Assembly: GCA_046735395.1 (NCBI GenBank)
Contig: JBJKQR010000012.1
Span: forward strand, 128,001 to 192,000
DNA length: 64,000 bases
Reading direction: 5' to 3'
Origin: Fidelibacterota bacterium
Lineage (GTDB): Bacteria > Fidelibacterota > Fidelibacteria > Fidelibacterales > DSDE01
In this document: in pieces, positions 56,448 through 64,000 of the stretch
Position numbering within the stretch: the stretch's first letter is position 1
Layout: every line of letters begins with the position of its first letter
Translations under genes and position numbers: made by a program
The notes under the pieces: generated by a model
What the model was told of the DNA's origin: nothing
Databases searched by the model: none
Seen by the model: the letters and a program-made list of their open reading frames with translations, nothing else

Positions 56448-58886
56448 TTGAAAAAACTGATCTTGGTTTCATTGTTTATTGTGATGGGCAGCAGCATGAT
56501 TTTCGGGCAGGCCGCGCGCCGGAACGCCTCCATCCGGGGCCGCATCATAGATATGGATACGGATATGACGGTGGAATATGCCAATGTACTGGTGAATTCG
56601 CTGCAGGACAGCACGCTGGTCAATGGAGGCATGAGCGATGATCAGGGGTATTTCCGCGTGGAAAACCTGGTGCCCGGAAGTTATTATGTGGAAGTGAAAT
56701 TCATCGGATATGAAGATTACATTTTTCATACGGTCAGAATAGATGACGAAAACCCCCAGGTGGATCTGGGAAATATCCCTCTGAAGAAATCCGTGATCCA
56801 CATGGACGGAGTACAGGTTGAGGCGGAGCGGCCCATTATTAATTATGAAATTGACAAAAAGGTCATTGATGTGAGAAAACAGGCCACGTCCGAATCCGGT
56901 ACGGCGGTGGACCTGCTTCAGAATGTCCCTTCCGTGGATGTGGACTTCGATGGGAATGTTTCACTGAGAGGGTCTTCATCATTTACGGTCCTCATTGACG
57001 GCCGGCCCACGATTCTGGATGCCAATGACGCCCTGGCGCAGATTCCGGCATCCACCATCGAGCAGATCGAAATCATTACCAATCCGTCTGTGAAATATGA
57101 TCCGGAGGGAATCGCCGGTATCATGAACATTGTCACGATCAAAAAGAAACTCACCGGCGTAAGCGGTATTGTCAATGCCCGCTACGGCAGCAATAACGAT
57201 CCCGGCGGAGATTTCCTCCTGAGCTTCAAACATGAAAAGTTCAACTGGTTCGTGAAGGGCATGTACCGTGGCGGAGAACATCCCGGAACCAGCGAAAGTT
57301 CACGAACCACGACAGTGGATACGCTGACGACCATTCTGGAATCGCAGGGCAGTTCAAACCGCGACCGGAATTTTGCCGGAGTTCAGACCGGTATTGAATA
57401 TTATCCGGGCAAAAATGATGTTCTGAGTCTGAGCGCCCGAATCGGAGATTTCCGGATGGGGGAGAAATCCACACTGGATTATACTGAGCAGCGCCTCATG
57501 CCGTCTGATTCGCTGGACCTTGCCTATACCGGCGTGGAAGACGGAAGCCATGGCGGAACCCATCTCTCGGCTTCATTGTCCTGGGATCATAATTTTGAAC
57601 AGGAAGGCCATAAATTATCCGCACAGGTCAATTTCATGAACCGGAATGGTTCAGAAAATTCGACGAATGAGGAATTTGATTCGAATCATCAGATCACGAG
57701 CGGCCAGATCAATACGGAAAAAGGCCCCATGACCCGTGTCCAGTACCGTTCCGATTATGAGAAGCCGCTGGGGGATTTCGGCAAGCTGGAGCTGGGCCTG
57801 GAAGGCAATGCCGGCGACAACCGGGATATGACGACGGTGAAGGATTATATCGACGGCGCCTATGTGGTGCAGGATTCTCTGGCCCGCGATGCCCGGTACC
57901 GGCAGAATATCAACGGTGTCTACGCTCTGGTCAATCAGAAGTACGGAAATATCGGCATCCAGGGCGGCCTGCGCATGGAATATACCTACCGTAAAATTTC
58001 CACAGGAGACAATACGGATGTATTCACCATTAACCGTCCGGATTATTTCCCCAGCCTCCACACCAGTTACGATCTCGGCAATGGGGACCAGCTTATGGCC
58101 AGCTATACCCGCCGCATTCAGCGCCCCCGGGGCTGGTATCTGGAACCTTTCCGGACCCGCATGGATTCGCGGAATGTCTGGGAAGGAAATCCGGGACTGC
58201 TGCCGTCCTACACCAATTCGGTCGAGGGCGGATACAAGAAGGTGGTCGGAAACAACGACGTCTATTTCGATCTTTTTTACCGCCAGACTCTGGATGAGGA
58301 TGAACGGATCACCGAACCGCTTACAGCCGACCTCTATCTGAATACGGTAAAGAACGTGGGAACCTCAACCTCCGCCGGTCTGGAAGCATCGGTCAATCTG
58401 ATTTTCCGGAAATTCTGGAGTCTCTATCTCACTAGTTCGGTGTACGATTACCGTCTGGCCGGAGAATATGTCGGTGTGGCCGACACGGTGGTATTTGATA
58501 CCCACGACACCTCCTGGAATGCGCGCTTCAACAACACATTCCGCCTGAATGAAAAATGTGAGCTGCAGGTGATGACCCGCTACCGCTCGGGACGGGTGAC
58601 GTCCCAGGGACGGGATGATGCCCGCTATCAGACCGACCTTTCCCTGAAATACCAGATACTCCGCAACAAGCTGACCGCCAATTTTCAGGTTCGGGACGTT
58701 TTCGGAACCGGCGTGCATGAATCCACCTCATCCGGTGCGAATTTTACCAGCCATTCTCTCCACACACATGATGCACCCTACTTTTCATTATCTCTCAAAT
58801 ATAATTTCAATAATTATCAGGAAAAACCGGGCGGCGGCCAGAATGGCGGCGGCGGTGATACGATGGATAACGGAGGCGATTACTGA
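56448..58886 (+). CDS. TonB-dependent receptor / outer-membrane beta-barrel with an N-terminal carboxypeptidase-regulatory-like domain
   Basis: Probable TTG start (MKKLILVSLF signal peptide); LQNVPSV.VD.DG.VSLRG, IEIITNPS.KYD.EG plug motifs; GNPGL.P. Confidence 0.88.
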   Translation: MKKLILVSLFIVMGSSMIFGQAARRNASIRGRIIDMDTDMTVEYANVLVNSLQDSTLVNGGMSDDQGYFRVENLVPGSYYVEVKFIGYEDYIFHTVRIDDENPQVDLGNIPLKKSVIHMDGVQVEAERPIINYEIDKKVIDVRKQATSESGTAVDLLQNVPSVDVDFDGNVSLRGSSSFTVLIDGRPTILDANDALAQIPASTIEQIEIITNPSVKYDPEGIAGIMNIVTIKKKLTGVSGIVNARYGSNNDPGGDFLLSFKHEKFNWFVKGMYRGGEHPGTSESSRTTTVDTLTTILESQGSSNRDRNFAGVQTGIEYYPGKNDVLSLSARIGDFRMGEKSTLDYTEQRLMPSDSLDLAYTGVEDGSHGGTHLSASLSWDHNFEQEGHKLSAQVNFMNRNGSENSTNEEFDSNHQITSGQINTEKGPMTRVQYRSDYEKPLGDFGKLELGLEGNAGDNRDMTTVKDYIDGAYVVQDSLARDARYRQNINGVYALVNQKYGNIGIQGGLRMEYTYRKISTGDNTDVFTINRPDYFPSLHTSYDLGNGDQLMASYTRRIQRPRGWYLEPFRTRMDSRNVWEGNPGLLPSYTNSVEGGYKKVVGNNDVYFDLFYRQTLDEDERITEPLTADLYLNTVKNVGTSTSAGLEASVNLIFRKFWSLYLTSSVYDYRLAGEYVGVADTVVFDTHDTSWNARFNNTFRLNEKCELQVMTRYRSGRVTSQGRDDARYQTDLSLKYQILRNKLTANFQVRDVFGTGVHESTSSGANFTSHSLHTHDAPYFSLSLKYNFNNYQEKPGGGQNGGGGDTMDNGGDY

Positions 58887-59109
58887 TTTCCTGCAAGCGG
58901 TTGAAAGGTCGGAAAGAGGGCTTCCGATACATTCGAATCTGATTCGCGTCAGCTGTTCGCTACGGTAATTTGAGTTGCCGGTATTGCAGTGATGTCCCCT
59001 GTTCCGGTATCACATCAGGTAATATTCGCTAAATTCATAAAAAATAACTTATTCCTTTGCATTAATTCCCGGCATTTGTTAATTTCGCCCTCCAATCAAA
59101 GGGGGCTGA

Positions 59110-59991
59110 ATGCTCAGGAGCATGACAGGATACGGACGGGCTGCGGATCATTTCAACGGCCTGGATTGTAGCGTTGAAATTCGTTCGGTAAACAGCCGCT
59201 TTCAGGATATCTCCATCCATCTTCCCCGATCCATTTCATTTCTGGAATTGCCTCTTCGGGAGCAGATTCAGAAAAGCGGATTTCGCGGAAAGATCATCTG
59301 CTCGGTCAACCTGAGCGGAGATCTGTCGGTCTCCTCCGAATTCGTCCTCAATGAGCAGCTTCTGGAGAGCTATCTGTCCGTCAGCAATGAGCTGAAGACA
59401 CGCTTCGGACTGCCCGGTGAGATTTCCGTCTATACCATCATGAATCGCCAGGATGTGGTAAGCCTGGCGGAGAAGAAGGGAAGCGAGGAGCAGTTTTCAG
59501 GATTTGTCACATCTCTGCTCGCCGGAGCGCTGGAGTCCATGAACGAGATGCAGGAAACGGAAGGCGGAACGATCCGCGAATTATTCGTTTCTCTCCTGGA
59601 AGGCCTTGCCGAAAAGAACCGTCGTGTGGAATCCATGTACAAAACCGCCATTCAGGAATTCATCGACCGCTTTACTCAGCGCGTTTCCCAGCTGCTGAAC
59701 TCGGATATGCCGTCACCGGAAGCGCTGAATCACGAGATTGTCATTCTGGGTGACAAGCTGGACATTTCCGAGGAAATCAGCCGTCTGGCCTCCCATCTCG
59801 ATCAGTTCCGGACATATATGGATTCCGACGATTCGGCCGTGGGTAAAAAACTGAATTTTCTGCTGCAGGAAATGAACCGTGAAGCGACAACGATGGGGAA
59901 TAAGGCCAATAACAGTACCATTTCCTATCTTGTCGTAGAAATGAAAAATGAAATAGAGATGCTGCGCGAACAGGTGCAGAATCTCCAGTAA
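59110..59991 (+). CDS. yicC: YicC/YloC family endoribonuclease
   Basis: RSMTGYG, EIRSVNSR, DISEEISRL.SH, GKKLNFLLQEMNRE, REQVQN. Confidence 0.93.
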   Translation: MLRSMTGYGRAADHFNGLDCSVEIRSVNSRFQDISIHLPRSISFLELPLREQIQKSGFRGKIICSVNLSGDLSVSSEFVLNEQLLESYLSVSNELKTRFGLPGEISVYTIMNRQDVVSLAEKKGSEEQFSGFVTSLLAGALESMNEMQETEGGTIRELFVSLLEGLAEKNRRVESMYKTAIQEFIDRFTQRVSQLLNSDMPSPEALNHEIVILGDKLDISEEISRLASHLDQFRTYMDSDDSAVGKKLNFLLQEMNREATTMGNKANNSTISYLVVEMKNEIEMLREQVQNLQ

Positions 59992-60012
59992 AATATCAGG
60001 GAACTGACATAT

Positions 60013-60624
60013 ATGATGAAGGATGAGAGAATGCCCGGCCTCAATGATCAAGGGACTTCTGAAAAAGCGCAGGGCATTCTGATTATTTTTGCCGCCCATT
60101 CCGGAGCCGGAAAATCAACCATTATCAACCGGCTGCTGGAGAAGCATTCTGACTGGAAGTTTTCCATATCCTGCACGACGCGGGCTCCCCGGCAGGGAGA
60201 AAAAGACGGCCGCGAGTACTATTTCATCACTCACGAACGGTTCGATGAAATGGTTCGGAACGGGAAGCTGATGGAATATGAGAATGTGCATGGTGAATAT
60301 TACGGTACGCCCTCCGAACCCCTGGATGCAGCCGTTCGGAACGGGGAGGTGATGATCCTGGATCTGGATGTGTACGGAGCTCTGAACGTCCGCAGCGCCT
60401 ATCCGGATAATTCACGGGGCATCTTCATCGATGTGAGCGACCTGGCCGTCCTGGAAAAACGGCTGCTGTCGCGAAAGACCGAATCGACAGATAAAATAGC
60501 CGCCCGCCTGTCGCGGATTCCGGCTGAACGGGAAAAAATAAAGGGGTTTGACTATATCGTCCTCAATGATGATCTGGAGAAGGCGGTGGAACAAACCGAC
60601 AAAATTATAGTAGAGAACAGGTAA
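60013..60624 (+). CDS. gmk: Guanylate kinase
   Basis: SGAGKST, SCTTRAPR.GE.DG..Y.F, YYGT. Confidence 0.95.
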   Translation: MMKDERMPGLNDQGTSEKAQGILIIFAAHSGAGKSTIINRLLEKHSDWKFSISCTTRAPRQGEKDGREYYFITHERFDEMVRNGKLMEYENVHGEYYGTPSEPLDAAVRNGEVMILDLDVYGALNVRSAYPDNSRGIFIDVSDLAVLEKRLLSRKTESTDKIAARLSRIPAEREKIKGFDYIVLNDDLEKAVEQTDKIIVENR

Positions 60625-60637
60625 AGGAGATACGTTT

Positions 60638-60955
60638 ATGTCCAAGGATTTTAAGTACCAGGGAGAACGCCCGGATGATATTTTTGAAGCCATTTCCGTC
60701 ATGGCGAAACGCGCGCGTCAGATCAATCAGAAACGGGCCGGCAAATTCACACTGAAACCCTATGTCATTGACGGGGATGAAGAGTACGAAACGGAAATTG
60801 AAGTTGACACCGAGTATTATGACAGCCTTGAGAAGCCCACAACCATGGCGATGAAGGAATTTTCCGAAGATAAGCTGGAATACGATTACATCGAGGAAGC
60901 GGAAGAGACGGAAAACCTGTCGGAAGACGGTGACGGCGAGGATATGATTATCTGA
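60638..60955 (+). CDS. rpoZ: RNA polymerase omega subunit
   Basis: FEAISVMAKRARQIN, KPTTMAMKEF; position between gmk and coaBC. Confidence 0.85.
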   Translation: MSKDFKYQGERPDDIFEAISVMAKRARQINQKRAGKFTLKPYVIDGDEEYETEIEVDTEYYDSLEKPTTMAMKEFSEDKLEYDYIEEAEETENLSEDGDGEDMII

Positions 60956-60957
60956 GC

Positions 60958-62160
60958 ATGAAGCTTCAGGGGAAAAAAATACTGCTGGGACTCAGCGGCG
61001 GGATTGCCATTTACAAGACGGCGTCCCTTCTGCGGAGGCTTACCCGTGATCTGGGAGCCGACGTACAGGTCGTTATGACCGGGGCGGCGCAGAAATTCAT
61101 GACCCCCCTGATTTTTGAAACCTTCAGCGGTAAAAAGGTTCTCACATCGCTTTTTGATGATGCGGAACTGGTTTCGACCCGGCATATCGATCAGGTTCGC
61201 AGCGCGGATCTGTTTCTGATCGTGCCGGCCACCGCAAATATCGTGGGCAAAGCTGCAAACGGGATCGGGGATGACCTGCTGTCCACCATGCTGCTGGCGG
61301 CCACACCGGAAAAAACCTGTTTCGCCCTGGCCATGAACCGGTATATGTACGAGAATCCGGCCTGCACGGAAAACAGGAATAGCCTGCAACAACGCGGTTA
61401 TCATTTCATCGATGCGGAGGAAGGGCCGCTTGCCACCTCTGTGGAAGGCGAGGGCCGGGGCCGTCTGGCCGATGAAAAGGTGATTCTGGAGTGGATTGAA
61501 AATGCCTTGCTGGGGCCTCAGCCCCTTGCCGGAAAGAAGATTCTCATTTCAGCCGGGCCTACCCGTGAGTATATAGATCGGGTCCGCTATATTTCCAATC
61601 CTTCCTCCGGAAAAATGGGGATTGCCCTGGCGGAAGCAGCGCAGCAGATGGGGGCAGAAACCGAACTGGTCTGCGGTCCTGTATCCGAGCCCATTCCCGA
61701 TGGAATTTCCCTTGCCCGTGTCAGCAGCGCCGAAGAGATGAAGCAGGCTCTGTTTGACCATTTTCATGATGCGGATATTGTAATCATGGCGGCTGCAGTG
61801 GAGGATGTGCGTCCGGCTCAGCGTCACACATCGAAGCTGAAGAAAAATGACATTTCTCCTGCGCTGCAGCTGGAGAGAACGCCGGATATTCTGCTGGAAA
61901 TGGGAAAACAGAAGAAAGATCAGCTGCTGGTGGGATTTTCTGTGGAAACGGACCAGATTATTGAAAATTCCCGGGATAAACTGCAGCGGAAAAATCTTGA
62001 TTTCATTGTGATTAATAATCCGGATGAACCGGGTGCGGCGTTTTCAGCCGACACAAACCGGGTTCGTGTTCTCGACAGGGAAGGGCGACAGACCGAATTT
62101 CCTCTTCAATCGAAAAAGGATCTTGCCCACCGCTTATTGGAGTTATTCATTGCGGGCTGA
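60958..62160 (+). CDS. coaBC: Bifunctional phosphopantothenoylcysteine decarboxylase / phosphopantothenate-cysteine ligase
   Basis: GGIAIYK, PATAN, AMN..MY, AGPTRE.ID.VRYISN.SSGKMG, VGFSVET. Confidence 0.95.
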   Translation: MKLQGKKILLGLSGGIAIYKTASLLRRLTRDLGADVQVVMTGAAQKFMTPLIFETFSGKKVLTSLFDDAELVSTRHIDQVRSADLFLIVPATANIVGKAANGIGDDLLSTMLLAATPEKTCFALAMNRYMYENPACTENRNSLQQRGYHFIDAEEGPLATSVEGEGRGRLADEKVILEWIENALLGPQPLAGKKILISAGPTREYIDRVRYISNPSSGKMGIALAEAAQQMGAETELVCGPVSEPIPDGISLARVSSAEEMKQALFDHFHDADIVIMAAAVEDVRPAQRHTSKLKKNDISPALQLERTPDILLEMGKQKKDQLLVGFSVETDQIIENSRDKLQRKNLDFIVINNPDEPGAAFSADTNRVRVLDREGRQTEFPLQSKKDLAHRLLELFIAG

Positions 62161-62178
62161 ATCATTTGGATCGGAATT

Positions 62179-62814
62179 ATGCCGAAGGATATTGTTCAGT
62201 ATTTAACCTATGTAAAAGATGTTTTCGGAGATCAGGTGATCGTTCCCCTTTCAGCACTGGAAGACTATAAAAGACAGATTCAGGACTGCAGTAGGTGTGA
62301 GCTGGCAGGCAGCCGGACCCATTTCGTATTCGGCAGCGGCAGCCCTTCCTCTCAGATTCTGTTTGTGGGCGAAGCTCCGGGAGAGGCGGAAGATCTTTCG
62401 GGAATTCCCTTCGTCGGCAGAGCCGGCCAGCTTCTGGACAAAATGCTCGCTGAGATCGGCCTCGAGCGGGAGCAGGTTTTTATTGCCAATGTTCTCAAGT
62501 GTCGGCCGCCGGGAAACCGGGATCCCCGGCCCGATGAAATTTCCCTCTGCGAGCCCTATCTTCATAAGCAGATCGAGCTGATCAGTCCCCGCGTGATCAT
62601 TGCGCTGGGACGGGTGGCCGGAAAAACGCTGATCAAGGAGGATCTGTCGCTCAGCGCCATGAAGGGACGAAAGCTGAGCTATCAGAATGTGCCGCTGGAA
62701 GTGATTTACCATCCTGCCGCCATCCTGCGGAATATGGGACGGCTGGATGACTACAAGGCGGATTTTCATCGTCTCGCCCAAACCTACAAATTGGGAACTC
62801 CCGCCCATGAATGA
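62179..62814 (+). CDS. Uracil-DNA glycosylase, family 4 (4Fe-4S)
   Basis: CSRC, GEAPG, PFVGRAG, KCRPP.NR.P, YHPAA. Confidence 0.92.
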   Translation: MPKDIVQYLTYVKDVFGDQVIVPLSALEDYKRQIQDCSRCELAGSRTHFVFGSGSPSSQILFVGEAPGEAEDLSGIPFVGRAGQLLDKMLAEIGLEREQVFIANVLKCRPPGNRDPRPDEISLCEPYLHKQIELISPRVIIALGRVAGKTLIKEDLSLSAMKGRKLSYQNVPLEVIYHPAAILRNMGRLDDYKADFHRLAQTYKLGTPAHE

Positions 62815-64000
62815 CAAGATTACCCGTGTACCGCCCCAGTCTCTCGAATCCGAAATCGCCGTTCTCGGCGCCATGCTGCTTGAACCGGCCGCCGTATTCG
62901 AAGCCTTTGAGGTTCTGACACCGGAAGATTTTTATCTCGATAATCACCGGGTGATTTTCGAGGCCATGCTGCAGCTGTTTCAGAATAACGCGCCCATCGA
63001 TCAGCTGACGCTAACCCAGTATCTCTTCGAGCAGAAACTGCTGGAAAAAGCCGGTGGCGCCGCCTATATCACCAGCCTGCTTTCGAAGGTGCCCACAGCA
63101 GCCAATCTCCGCTATTATGCCAAGATCGTCAAGGACAAGGCGACCCTGCGCTCCATTATTCATATTGCCACAAAACTCGTGACCGACGGCTACAACGAGA
63201 ATATGACCGCCGAGGAAATTCTGGACGGGACCCAGCAGCAGATCTTTGCGCTGAGAGAGGGTGTGAGTACCCAGACTTTTGTGTCCCTCAAACAGTCGGT
63301 GGGTGAAAGTATCGAACACATCCAGAAGATGGGAGCCAGAAAGGGTGACATCATCGGAGTGCCCAGCGGATTTTATCAGCTGGATCGCATGACAACCGGT
63401 TTTCAACCTTCCGATCTGATCATTCTGGCCGGGCGTCCCTCCATGGGTAAAACGGCCTCGGCTCTGTCCATGGCCCGAAGCATGGCGGTCGATTACGGTA
63501 AGAAAGTCTGCTTTTTCAGCCTGGAAATGAGTGTTCATCAGCTGTCCATGCGACTGCTCTCAGCCGAAAGCAAGATCGACCATCAGATGCTGCGGAACGG
63601 CCGGGTTCCCAATGATATCTGGATCAATCTCACCCATGCAGCCGGTCAGCTGTCTGATGCGCCCATCTGGGTGGATGAGACACCCGGTATCAGTATCATG
63701 GAAATCCGCTCCCGGGCACGCAGACTGAAAATGGAAAAAGGCCTGGATATTATCTTTGTGGATTATCTCCAGCTGGCCAAGGGAAGCGGTCGCATCGAGA
63801 ACCGGCAGAATGAAATATCCATGATTTCCCAGGGGCTGAAGGCGCTGGCCAAGGAACTTAATGTTCCGGTTATTGCGCTGTCCCAGCTGAGCCGTGCCGT
63901 CGAACAGCGCGGCGGAGACCATAAGCCGCAGCTGTCGGATCTTCGTGAATCGGGAGCCATCGAGCAGGATGCGGACGTGGTCATGTTCGTGTATCGTGAA
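62807..64000 (+). CDS. dnaB: Replicative DNA helicase, truncated by window end (absent from the ORF track)
   Basis: From ATG 62807: RVPPQSLESEIAVLGAML, AGRPSMGKTA, FSLEM, DYLQL, ALSQLSRAVE, SDLRESGAIEQDAD. Confidence 0.95.
   Translation, partial: MNDKITRVPPQSLESEIAVLGAMLLEPAAVFEAFEVLTPEDFYLDNHRVIFEAMLQLFQNNAPIDQLTLTQYLFEQKLLEKAGGAAYITSLLSKVPTAANLRYYAKIVKDKATLRSIIHIATKLVTDGYNENMTAEEILDGTQQQIFALREGVSTQTFVSLKQSVGESIEHIQKMGARKGDIIGVPSGFYQLDRMTTGFQPSDLIILAGRPSMGKTASALSMARSMAVDYGKKVCFFSLEMSVHQLSMRLLSAESKIDHQMLRNGRVPNDIWINLTHAAGQLSDAPIWVDETPGISIMEIRSRARRLKMEKGLDIIFVDYLQLAKGSGRIENRQNEISMISQGLKALAKELNVPVIALSQLSRAVEQRGGDHKPQLSDLRESGAIEQDADVVMFVYRE

Noticed and set aside
58891..58989. tRNA-Sec (selC) or another tRNA
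   Set aside because: No TTCRA T-loop in tRNA geometry, no UCA anticodon arm and no acceptor stem with CCA on either strand.

Overview
64 kb of chromosome from a Gram-negative, probably anaerobic FCB-superphylum bacterium (Marinimicrobia/Calditrichota/Ignavibacteria-like, inferred from the yicC-gmk-rpoZ-coaBC-udg-dnaB order and the protein families), read with genetic code 11. Housekeeping genes include priA, tmk, ctpA, plsC, sdhDCAB, glgC, methylmalonyl-CoA mutase and epimerase, rlmN, PNP, pullulanase, putP, slyD, gmk, rpoZ, coaBC and dnaB. The main finding is at 43571-45007. Two ORFs split by the ORF caller are one reading frame interrupted by a single in-frame TGA (SSGGG-U-GGTV), and a bacterial SECIS-like hairpin follows immediately. 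This points to a selenocysteine-containing lipoprotein multiheme cytochrome c (9 CxxCH plus 2 atypical motifs). It heads an operon with an outer-membrane beta-barrel, an 11-heme cytochrome and a 4-heme cytochrome, i.e. a candidate seleno porin-cytochrome conduit. A six-gene type IV pilin cluster follows, with a sigma54-like promoter and TGT-N11-ACA enhancer sites. The window also holds a CbcL-like nonaheme/cytochrome b protein and a tandem-rhodanese lipoprotein with its own sigma54-like promoter. An AT-rich island carries a Hachiman-like nuclease and helicase pair whose helicase has a C-terminal HIRAN domain. A dispersed, module-shuffled intergenic repeat family occurs at about 37.7-38.1 kb and, inverted, at about 55.4-55.7 kb. 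All family assignments come from motif recognition by eye; no searches were run.
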